Positions 51,563 to 62,200 of a stretch of DNA of 64,000 nt are shown in pieces. Source of the DNA: Ginglymostoma cirratum. Taxonomy: Eukaryota. Where the stretch lies: assembly GCA_024137785.1 (NCBI GenBank), contig JAHRHZ010000002.1, positions 10,705,263 through 10,769,262 of the forward strand, in the 5' to 3' direction. Positions within the stretch are counted from its first letter, which is position 1. Each line of letters begins with the position of its first letter. The position numbers were made by a program, and so were the translations under genes. The notes beneath the pieces are model-generated. The model ran no database searches, was not told where the DNA came from, and saw only the letters and a program-made list of their open reading frames with translations.

Positions 51563-52319
51563 GTATTGCAGAATTAAGTTCTCCTTCAAAAATGCCATCG
51601 ATAATTGTGATTTACTGCAATTGTGTGGGAATGAGGGTATGCTAAGATGCAAGATATTCCACCTCTCAAGATGTCCACTTTTCAGGGTAAACGTTGTCGG
51701 CATTTTGACAAACCTCATTCATTCCAGCATATGGCTTTCATAAAACAGACTGAGGCATCCAAGTGCATATCAATGAGATGAACTGGTCATTTATGTTACT
51801 TTACTGCTGTATCTGGAACTGTTATTTTTAAAGTAAACATTCATAACGATAATGATTTCACTCAATGCAATCACCATTATTTTTTATTCCATCGTGAGAT
51901 GTGCATTGGAACTGGAATTTTTTTGCCCTATTCCTAACTGCCCTTGGAAAGAGGGCAGTTGAGAGTCAGCAACATTACTGTGGGTCTGGAGCAAGATGTA
52001 GGTCAGACAAGATGATGAATGCAGATTTCATTCCTTCAAGGGAAATACAACAAGCAGGATTTTTGAAAAACATTGAGATTGCTTCTTTCAATTTCAGATT
52101 CATTGTTTGAGCCACCACTGATAGGACTTAAACTCACGCCCAACAGACTGAACATCAGTCTTGGAATGCTAGTTCACTGGTGCTGTTACTACATATTAGC
52201 TAATGTGGTGAAGTGGTGGGTCGGTGGGATAGAGATCAGACGACAATTTAGCACTCTGATAGCATTGCATTTGAGTTCCAGTCTGGATTTGAGAGTTGGG
52301 TGGAGCTTGACATCATAAA

Positions 52320-52850
52320 ATTTTGATTCGATTTGATTTATTGTTGTCGTACGTACCGAGATGCAGTGAAAAGTGTTCTTTTGCGTACTATACAGGCAGA
52401 CTGTGCAATACAAAGTGCATCAGGGTAGCAGAATAGCGTGCAGAATACAGTGTTACAGGTGTAGAGAAGGTGCAGAGAGAGAGAGAGAGGTCAGAATTAA
52501 CATTTGAGAGGTCAGTTCAAAAGCCCAATAACAGCGGGGGAAAAGCTGTTCCTGAATCCGAGCATACATGTGTACAAAGTTTTATGTCTCCTGCCTGACT
52601 GAAGGTGGGGTAGAAAGAGTATAACCATGGTGGGAGGGGTCTTTGATTATGTCGGTTAGTTTCTTCAGGCAGCAGGAAGTTTAGATCGAGTCAAAGGAAG
52701 GAAGGCTGGTTTGTGTGATGGATTCGGCTGTGTACATGACTCTCTGTAGTTTCTTGTCGTATTGGGAAGAGCAATTGTCACAACACACTGTGATGCATCC
52801 AGATAGGATGCTTTCTATGGTGCATTTATAAAAATTAGTCAGTGTCTTTG
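52320..52850 (-). mobile_element. Rex1-like LINE 3' fragment
   Basis: KTLTNFYKCTIESILSGCITV...KKLQRV, plus tail. Confidence 0.8.
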
Positions 52851-53074
52851 ATTCACAGGCGACAGGATATACCTCATTGAGCAGCAATCAGCATTATACT
52901 GGGGGGGTATAGGTGAGGATAGCCACAGCAAGTATCTTTATGAGAAGGGCTATGGCAATCCAGGAATGAATAGATGGCTTTATAGAAATGTGAGGACAGG
53001 CTATTCTCGGCTGTACGATCGTACAATTAGAAGGTGGCTCAACTGATTCCAGAACAAATCTGCTATTTTTTCAA

Positions 53075-53296
53075 AGGTAACAACGTGTAGAGCTGGATGA
53101 ACACAGCAGGCCAAGCAACATCAGAGGAGCAGGAAGGCAGATGTTTCGGGCCTGGACCCTTCTTCAGAAAAATGAAGAAGGGTCCATGCCCAAAACGTCA
53201 GCCTTCCTGCTCCTCTGGTGCTGCTTGGCCTGCTGTGTCCATCCAGCTCTACACCTTGTTATCTCAGATTCTCCAGTATCTGCAGTTCCTACTATC
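53075..53296. mobile_element. Fold-back (head-to-head) Penelope pseudo-LTR dimer with 16-bp TSD
   Basis: Arms 53075-53167 and 53172-53264 are near-perfect reverse complements. TSD TCTGCTATTTTTTCAA at 53059-53074 and 53297-53312. Confidence 0.85.
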
Positions 53297-53422
53297 TCTG
53301 CTATTTTTTCAATCTCTCTTCCAAACTGTCATGAACAAAGCATCAATCTACCAGGCTTTACTTTGCCTTCCTGTGTTGAACTCCATTGACTTTTTCTTAC
53401 CCATTATATTTTGTTCTTGCAG

Positions 53423-53451
53423 ATTGCCAAACTCCTCCGCCCAAACCATGG
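53423..53451 (+). CDS. NCR3: Cytoplasmic exon 7 (29 nt; IAKLLRPNH)
   Basis: Acceptor ttttgttcttgcag, donor TGG|GTAAGC, phase 0 in / 2 out. All three frames are open, so the frame is inferred from its neighbours. Confidence 0.7.
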
Positions 53452-53794
53452 GTAAGCAATAATCTAAAGTGCATAGTTCATCAACAAATGATACAAAAGT
53501 GTAATCTTTAGTTGCAATCATTTCACAGGCGCATCTGTCACCATTGATAAATATGTTATTTATTTCATGCTGTTCCTGATCAAACTGCCTTTCAAAATTG
53601 TAACCTGTTGGAACCCAAAGAATTGCATTTTTCCCCAAATTTCAGATGAGATTTTCTACACATGTAAATTAGCGAGCAAATTGGCTGGCTCTCATAAATC
53701 AACATACTGAACAATTACAGAACATGACTGAAACAACATGAAAATAAAGCATTCAGCACACTTAGTTGAAAGATTACGAGATGAGACAAAATTA

Positions 53795-54125
53795 GAGTAG
53801 AACCACCCCAGTGCGGAAGCAGACCATTCGACCCTTCAAAACTAAACTGACTCATCAAAGAGCATCCCACTCAGATTCATCACCTTACCCAGTCTCGAAT
53901 TCGACATTTCCCATGGCTAACCTACACATCCCTGGACTGGCCAATTTAGCATGGAAAATACATCTAACCTGCACATCTTTGGACTGTGGGAAGAAACCGG
54001 ATCACCCAAAGAATACACACACAGATGTAAGGAGACTGTGCAGACTCTACACAGACAGTTGCCTGAGGGTAGGATCGAACCCAGGTCCCTGGTGCTGTGA
54101 GGCAGCCGTGCGAGCCACTGAACCA
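53795..54125 (-). mobile_element. V-SINE (HE1-like)
   Basis: Reverse-complement head, core and tail. Confidence 0.8.
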
Positions 54126-54324
54126 ATCCTTAAATGGGCACTTTTTCTTTTCTTTATTCATTCACGGGATGAGGGCATCACTGGATAGGCCAGCATTTAT
54201 TGCCCATCCCTAATTGCCCAGAGGGCAGCAAAGAGTCAACCACATTACTGGGGGTCTGGAGTCACATGTAGGCCAGGCCTGGTAAGGATGGCAGTTTCCT
54301 TCCTAAAGGACATTAGTGAACCAG

Positions 54325-54740
54325 GTCCTGCTGTGTTCATCCAGTTCCACACCTTGTTATCTTGAACTCTCCAGCATCTGCAGTACCTATTATCTCTGAA
54401 TAATTTTAATCCCAGTGCGAAGCCTCCTCTCTGGATACCTACCCTGAAGAAGTTACCTTCCTCCCTCCAGAGATCTCTCTCCCCCTGCAACTTGACTGAC
54501 GTATCTTCTCCCTACTCCCCCACCTGTACTCACCTTTACTGGCTCCATTCCTGCCTCTTTGACTTGTCTGCCTCCTCTCCACGATCCATCTTCTATCCAC
54601 CTCCCCATATTTATTTCAGAACCCTCTTCCCCTCCCCCATTTCTGATGAAGGGTCGAGGCCCAAAACGTCAAGCTTTCTTGCTCCTATGATGCTGGTTGG
54701 CTTGCTGTGTTCATCCAGCTCCACACCTTGTTATCTCGCG
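54325..54740 (+). mobile_element. Internally deleted Penelope-like element inserted in a tRNA-SINE
   Basis: pLTR remnant, 5' region shared with 41210-41394, 3'UTR, and a pLTR with a mutated hammerhead at 54643-54670. Confidence 0.75.
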
Positions 54741-55917
54741 TTTTAAGAACAATCGATAATGGATTCATGGTCATCCTCAGATTTTTAAGTGTAGGTATTT
54801 TATTGGATTCAAATTCCACCATCTGCTGTAGCAGGATTCGAACCAGAGTCCCCAGAACATTACCTGGGTTTCTGGATTAACAGTCCAGTAATAATACCAC
54901 TAGACCATTGCCGCCCCTTGAAAGCTTTGTTGCATTTATGGCCATTACTTTCTCAAAATTGCTTGCATTTGACAACATTCCTTGCTTCATCTCGATAGAA
55001 AAGGCTGGCCACTTGTGCAAATGTTATGTAACCGAAGCGCGTGGAGTAAGGTTAATTTAGCCTAACTGAACATTTTGTTTAATTAGACAACTTCATCAAA
55101 TGGTGTACAATATGTAACATTAGTGTTAGACAAGACATGCGGATCATCTTCTCTGAACGTGATTGTGGAAGGCGATGATTTAGAGTGAGTCAAAAATTTC
55201 TCTCTTTGAAATGACTCAAATGTCATATTTGCCTTATTCACTTGAAACAGAAATGACTGGAGGGTTGCTTAAAAAGAAAAACTTTTATTCACCGTTTCCG
55301 CAGTGCTCCAACAATCACAGTTGGGGAGTTAACATTGTCACTTAATACATCATTGAAAAAAACATTATTCGAGATACGCACTTCCTTTCCAAAACCATTC
55401 TTTCTGTAATTAGCCTCAGCCTGTTGGTCAATATGACATACTGGAATCAATTTATTTCTTGTTGACTTCTGTCAATGAGTTCAATTCTTCCCAAATTCTG
55501 GCAGAGCACGTCAGTTAGTCCACTGCTGAGCAATGCTTGGAAGCTGCTGGATGGATTTCCTGAATCCTGCCTCAGGTCTGGTAATTTGACTAGTCGAATT
55601 ACATCTGGACCGCAACACCTCACATTCACCTTTAAATTAAGGCAAAGTTAGCGTCTAGACTATCTTCTTAATACATTTTGAGGGGGTTTGGTCTGGTTCA
55701 TAACCAGAACGAAAAATGAGGCTTCATTGAAATAAAATGGGGCACAGTGGGTGGTTGGGGAGGCTGAAGATATTTGTTTTAGAACACATGCCCTGAGTTT
55801 CTGAGGCATTCTTGTTTAATTATGACTTTTTCGATGTTTACTATCATCTCAGTAGTTTTTAATTCCTTGATGAGTATTTTATTCTCATGTTTGCAATCTC
55901 TTCCTCTCCTTTTGCAG

Positions 55918-55952
55918 GCATGATTATGGATATGACGAGCTTAACGTAACAG
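55918..55952 (+). CDS. NCR3: Cytoplasmic exon 8 (35 nt; GHDYGYDELNVT, YxxL motif)
   Basis: Very strong acceptor ctcttcctctccttttgcag, donor CAG|GTGACT. Only the phase-2 frame is stop-free. Confidence 0.8.
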
Positions 55953-57570
55953 GTGACTAACAAGGAAGTATATATTTTGGGGAAGCTGGATGGTTTATTA
56001 TATCTTGCAACCTTTGTCTTGTAACCTCAAGAATTTGAGGCAAGTAGTGATTAATTCAATATGGCTTTGCTCCCCCTGTTGACCGTAAGTCCCCCCTGTT
56101 TATTGGTGCAGGATATTGTTGTGAGTGAAGCAGACAGTTTCCCAGAGTCAACGGAGTGAAATGCTGGCTGATTCGGTATTTCTGATAACTTCCCACAAAG
56201 CGAGTTTCGATCCCATCTTTCCAGCTCAGAAAATGACCTGTCAGTTGATACATTTTGACGTTCCTTCCGTGTATGACTCAGAGGGACGTAAAGTAACAGG
56301 ACGTTGAAGTGAAAGCGATGATTATGGAGAGACTTGTCTTAAGGTCCCTTTGTTTCAACTGATGCTGGTTACTGTTAGCACATAAAACACTACCTCCTAT
56401 TTTGCTCCCTTTGAAATACCTGCCCAGATGTAGCGATTTCTGTGGTACACGTTGCATATTTTCCCGGTTACATTGAATATGGTACTAAATAAAAGTGATC
56501 TATAACCCTGCAGCAGTGGTGATGTAGGCAACCAACTTCATCAACTATTCCATTTGAGGAATTCTCACAGTCAGCAATGTTTGAATTTAAATTGAGAATG
56601 TCTTCACCGTTGATTTTAAAACTTGATGAAATAAGGATACAGTTTTTTTGAAAATACATATTTTTTTTCTCTCACTGTGGAGACATCCAAGATTTCCCAT
56701 CAAAAGAATCTTTACAGTGCCAGCAAGTAAGTCATTTCCAAGTGAAAGCTAATACAGGTCTCTTTAAAGAAGGTGTATTTTAGGCATTTGTTTTACTCTG
56801 ACTGATAGTGCAGGACTGGGAAGTTCAGTAATATTCCATTGCTTGGGGGATTTCGGGAACACATTCTTTGGAGCAAGGCAGAATCACTCGAGCAGCAGCT
56901 CTGGGGTCCTCCACATTATTAAGTACATGTACAGTGTCCAGACGATAATGCCAGTTTCAGTGCAATTATGACGATGGTAGTGAAGGCTAGCAGTGCCGCT
57001 GTCATTATCACTTCAAAACTTACAGAATTTATGTAATATCTCTTTGTGGAATTAAATCCATTTTATAATGCGTTCAAGGTGAACAGGACCACCTTTTTAT
57101 TCACCATCCCTAGTAGTTCTGTAAAGCTAATTGTGGTATCAGTTCTCGTGGTGGAAGTACTTCCACCATTTTATTCGGTTGGTAATGTCAGGATTTTGAT
57201 ACAGTGCCCATAAAAACTCGGATATATGCCCACGATGGCAACCTGTTGCTTGGCATTTATGCTGTCAGGATCTTGCAGCTGCCACAGAATGAAACAGCAC
57301 AGAAGGAGGCTATTCAGGACAGTGCACCAGTGTTAACCCTTTCAAATAGCAACCCAATTTATCCCATTTACCTGCAACCCTGCAGGAAAAACTTTGAACA
57401 CTTTAACTGTAAATATGTAGAATAAAATTCCTGGCATGATCTTTAAAATTGCTATGCTATCAATGCAAGTTTAAGGAACTAAGGATTGACACTGTTGTTC
57501 TGAGACTGTTTCCTTGTGGGAATGAGACATAAAACTATTTACTTGTACTTCTCTCTCATTTAATTCTCAG

Positions 57571-57611
57571 CCAAACGGTGTCTTAAACCTGAAAGCATAC
57601 CAAAGGACGAG
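57571..57611 (+). CDS. NCR3: Cytoplasmic exon 9 (41 nt; AKRCLKPESIPKDE)
   Basis: Acceptor ctcatttaattctcag, donor GAG|GTAAGA, phase 1 in / 0 out. Confidence 0.8.
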
Positions 57612-58222
57612 GTAAGATAACAGTGACAGTGCCCTTCACTTGTGTAAGCCAAGTTGGCATTTAATTCAATGCCAGTTCCAATTAAAGATTAAAAATATGA
57701 GCCAGTTCCAATTAAAGATTGGCAGCTAATTGCCATCCGCAGAAGGTGACAATTAATGGTTGGAAAGTAAGATGACATTCATTTTTGGAGGGTTTTTGTT
57801 GTGGTGGAGGAAGCTGAAAAGATGGATAAGGTCAACTGGAGTTCTTTATCCATTGTTCATTAACATTGAGGCATTTATACAATCCCTTCAAAGTGTGTTT
57901 TGATTATTGTGCTTAACAGAATTATTCATATTTAATAGTATCTCATCAAATTGGACTTGGGTCAACAAAGCAAACATGGAATATTCTGAACCATTAGAAA
58001 ATAAAACTGAGGGAAACAGACAGTCATTAGGATTGCGATTCTCACATCTTTTACACTAATGAGCAAATTGTATCAGACTTATTGTTTGCATTTGCAATTA
58101 AAGCAACCTATATGCACCCTGTGTTAACATGAAAATCTATAGGATGGGGCATTCGTGGAGTTTGCTTTAACCGGTGTTCAACTGTACTGCTTAACCATGG
58201 TTCCTCTTCATAATTTGTGCAG

Positions 58223-58270
58223 GAAAATGGAGAAAATCCTCAGGAGGGCATTGAAGTATTGAATGAATAG
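58223..58270 (+). CDS. NCR3: Terminal coding exon (ENGENPQEGIEVLNE*)
   Basis: Acceptor cttcataatttgtgcag, phase 0, TAG at 58268-58270, followed by AT-rich 3'UTR-like sequence. Confidence 0.72.
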   Translation, partial: ENGENPQEGIEVLNE

Positions 58271-59245
58271 GACGATGGAGAAATTGTACCGAATCTTCTG
58301 TTTTCAGTGCAGAGGCTCATGAACGTGTCTGGTGTGACATCAGCCCTTGTTTCATTCTTATTTGATACACAGGATTAGAAATGATATTCAACAGAAAAAG
58401 TCAATCCAATCCAAGCATTTCAGGCCTGTGGTTCGACTCCACTCAAACCTGTCCCCATCTTTCTTTTCTAAACCTATCATCTGAACTGTTTATGCTCATT
58501 TCCCTTATTTGCCTATCTAGTTTCAAAATTTAGTGCCTCAACACTTTGTGCTTTAACCAAACCACATCGTAAGATGTTCCACATTCTGACCGAGCTTAAG
58601 ACCAGGAAGTGTCTAATAACAATTGGACTTTATTTATCTCATATTGAAGACTCATCGTTATGCTCTTCCCCACAAAAGGAAACATTCTCTCTTCATCGAC
58701 TTTGTTAAAACTGTTCATAATTTCAAAGACTTGCACTCAGACTCTCCTCGACTTTCATTGTTGTTTTCATTTCTTGTTCTTGAGAAACAAAGGAATAAGT
58801 TACTTTTTTAGTGCCTGTTCTGCTTCCAGGACATTTCAAAGCTCTTTGCAGCTACTGAAGGCATCTGATAGCAAATGTCCTTCTCTGTATTTTAAAATTT
58901 ATTTGTGTTATCCAATAAGCATTGTAAATCAGTGTATGAATCATAAAGTGTAAATGTTTTGATGTGTTTTATACATTCTTGTCCTGTAGTGTTGTGTTGG
59001 AATATTATTTGGTTCTCTAAATCAGAATTTTATTTGTTTTCATTGTTTCATGGTTGGCTCTGCGTTCAGGGTCGAGAAACAGGACTGGTGCCTGTACTCA
59101 TTAGCAAAAGAATAAGCACCCTGCTTCTCCTGTGGTACAAATTGATGTTTCCTTTGGAAATTGGAATTCTTGCATCTGTCCTGATGTATTTAAATGAAGT
59201 GTTTCGACAAAGAGTTGCTGACTAGTGCATTAAATGCTGGACAGA

Positions 59246-59251
59246 AATAAA
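59246..59251 (+). promoter_or_regulatory. Candidate polyadenylation signal AATAAA
   Basis: First canonical AATAAA I found after the stop codon; another lies at 59581. Confidence 0.35.
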
Positions 59252-62200
59252 TAGTTGCATTATGTCTATTTGACATTGACTGTCCTGCACAATATTTTGC
59301 TACATATGCCCATGTTTTTCTCCTGAAACTGACAGACACAGTTAAACTATCTGTCTTAACCTACTGGGCCAACAGGAAGCCCACAGGCTACGTGGAAGGT
59401 TCATTTTGTACATCAGCCGATATCACTCTTCAATGGCTTTAGTGGTCAGTATATTTGGGCTGGTGTCATGCACCCGCACTTCTAATCTGAGCTGTGATTA
59501 AGAGGATGACAGACTCCATGTTGAAAGCCAGATTTGGAGTGGTCTTTGGCCTCCTCCACATTTGTGGGAGAAGACCTCTGAATAAAGGTCACTTATACTG
59601 CTGCCTAGACCACCACATTAATTTCAAGTTTAGAGCTTGGCCGAAAGGCTATTAGGGAAATGGCAATGCGTACAATTGAAATTTTAATGAGTGAAAACAC
59701 AATTCTGAATGATGGAATGAGGTCCAGTAACATAGTTAAGAAAGCATGTTTCTAAGCATGGGAGAGAAGGTTCAGTAACGCGTCCGCTATTTCTCTAACA
59801 TTGAATATCCTCTGTAAACTATGTTGCACCTGATACAAAATGAATGTGACTCATGTGGAATCAATGACTAACAACATAATCAAAAATGAATCAAAACTGT
59901 TGTAGCGGCACAAGGCTAAAGTTAACGAGTTGGCCAAAAATTGTTGACAGCTACATACAGCAAAGTTTCAAAGCCAGACTTGTGGTCTCCATTTAGAGAT
60001 AGTGATAATGATAAGATTCTCCATAGAAAGAAACATTGGAGAAGTTAATCAGACTTGTGTAAACCGGCGATTCTAAATAATAAGTATTTTAATAAGGGGC
60101 AATTTTGAAAGGCCTAGTTTAGCCGCAGTCCCAATTTTGCGATTAATTTAATTTAATTTATTTAATTATTTAATTAGAAGGAAATGTCTGATTCTACAGA
60201 ATTCTGATTTTTTTAGGTAGCTGTAGAATTGGAAAAGCAAACAACGCATTCATGTGAAAGGTTAATTGCATTCCTTGAGGTAATGTTTGTCGGCAGTAAA
60301 GACATCCATTGCGTAATTAGGGAAGATAATGTAACAGATGGTGTAAACACAACCTCAAAAAGACCATTGGCACAGGAGGAGGGCAGTGGAAGGTGGTAAA
60401 AAGAGGTCATGTCTCGGGAGAGATATAAAATTGAAGCTTAAGTGCAGATGTAGATAATTTGAACAAATTCTGAGTGACAAAAAAAATTAAAAAATACAGA
60501 ATGTAAATATGGTTATGAACCCTTGTTATTTGTGGAATCTAAACAAGTTTCTTTTAAAGACTTGGTAAGATTGTAAAATGATTAAATTTCACAATTGTCA
60601 ATGGAATTCGAATGTATGCTTTTTCTTGAGAAATGAAAATTAGTAATGGAAAGCACTTAGAGTAGAAACAGTACAGATTTATTTACAAATCAAAATTTTG
60701 TTTAAAGTTCACTTACAGCATGCAAACAGAAGGGGTTGTAAACCGCAGTTGCAAGTCATAAGGACTGTTGTTTGAAATGAGAGACGGGTTGTTCTCAATT
60801 TGTCAGCTGTGTTGCAGAATTGCAGTCACTTTATATTCAAGTTGATTTTAAAGACTTTATAACAATTGGTAGAAATCAATACCCTTCCTAACCTGTCATA
60901 CTAAAGTTGGTGCAGAACTTGGAAGAGTTCTTATTGATAAGTAAGTATCCAATTTATTGACAATTAATGAGATGCAGCTGGCAAATGTCTGGGAAGGAGT
61001 ATAACAGTCAGAAGTATTGTAATATCCCAAAGACAGATGATGGAGGTATCTGGGAAACATCATGAAATTATGGGAGGACCTAGGGCTGCCCATAGAGTTG
61101 TCCCTCATTGATTGTGTGTTTACAGGATTGGATGTATAGATTGCGGAGATGTAGCTAACAATGACATCAATATTGCATGTAATTATTATAACAGAGAAGG
61201 TGGTGCTCAGATGGGGAAATCAGAGTGTCATTGAATTCTCTTCCAATCTGAGCTGTGTTTAAGACGGCAACTGGGCCCTGCATGAAAGCCAGATGCATAG
61301 TGGTCCCTGCTCTCTCCTTCATGTGGTAGAAGCATTCTGAATAAAGATCACGTGTGCTGCTGAACACTGACATCAAGACTCCTTTTTGACATTTCTTCCT
61401 AAATCCCTAACAATCACCTTGTAATTCATATGAATATGAGGATCCAGGTGGATGATTGTAGATCATGTGAAGTTGTCCTGCAGGAGCATCTTGAAGTTGT
61501 AGGGTATTAACCACATTCTCCAGATCATAATCTGAATGGTGAATCCAGGAAGTTAGTCAAATAATTTGTCCTGTCGAGTTATTTCAAAGCTCTGACTGCC
61601 TCTGGAAGGTTAGCCAACAGCTGTGAAAAACAAGAAAATCTGAAGGGAATACCAAACCCATGAGTTTTATATATATTTCCATGTAGGAACTTTGGAATTA
61701 TTTTAATACGAATAAACACAGGTCAAATTAATAGTGAGTAAAATCCTGAATGGTGAAATTCTGATGGAAACGAACAAGAAATAAAAGCATTTGTCTTGGA
61801 AAAGTTTGAGCTGGTTTCTCAATAATGTTATTCCATTTCCAGTTCTCTGCTCTTGTCCCTGATGCTGCTGAGCTCAAACAGGGCATGTTACGCCAGAGAT
61901 CATCCACCATCTCTGACCAGGATTCATTGAGTGCCACTTTATGTAGTAAATCTTCAGCTATCCATCTCAACCACACTCCCACCCACATCTAACAGGTATT
62001 ACTGAGTAGTGAATAGTTGCAACAACTGTAGATGCTTCTGCCTGCATTATACAAAGAGGCTCTGGGGTTCACATGTAAGGCACATTCATGTAGTATCCAT
62101 GGTGTCATTGTATGAGTCATTTTTGACTTTGTAACCTGTGATAAAGTTTTGGCTGTAGTTCAGTGCTAAGGGAGACCATAGAAGGCCAGTGTGAATCTTA

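Larger units (their letters stand above)
28079..58270 (+). other. NCR3: NKp30/NCR3-like receptor gene span (14 exons reconstructed; 285 aa from ATG 31257, 300 aa if ATG 28079 is used)
   Basis: Exon phases are mutually compatible and the 13 exons from ATG 31257 sum to 858 nt. Protein: MNPSTILWILAVFSGIGARKFQVVQKLPRILAEEGQSVLIPCEWTGHVSWNIGSFKWLKDGVEVSNQTVNYTGRVHRPQEDFIQSHNASLLLKELKVTDSGMFSCSVKFMQLGEEYGNGTQLTVREKPKGSMTLWLFLLIGALLQLALLLIVVPYCVKLHRMKGARRAQRQVQVNSEIIGVDDILTLPVLDEVQNLVENNEDTSIYTPMESLKAFNNSTATEMDTLHGFSSDSDWIAKLLRPNHGHDYGYDELNVTAKRCLKPESIPKDEENGENPQEGIEVLNE*. Confidence 0.8.

Noticed and set aside
53646-53663. Candidate 18-nt exon reading DEIFYT
   Set aside because: Weak donor (CAT|GTAAAT). 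That reading needs phase 1, and the phase-2 frame required here starts with a TGA stop.
47479-55952. Canonical ITAM or ITIM in the tail
   Set aside because: YTPM and YDEL are far more than 6-8 residues apart. SIYTPM ends in Met rather than L/V/I, so it is ITIM-like at best.
56718-56726. Candidate 9-nt micro-exon (tttacag...CAA|GTAAGT)
   Set aside because: Frame-neutral with a short pyrimidine tract; cannot be supported without transcripts.
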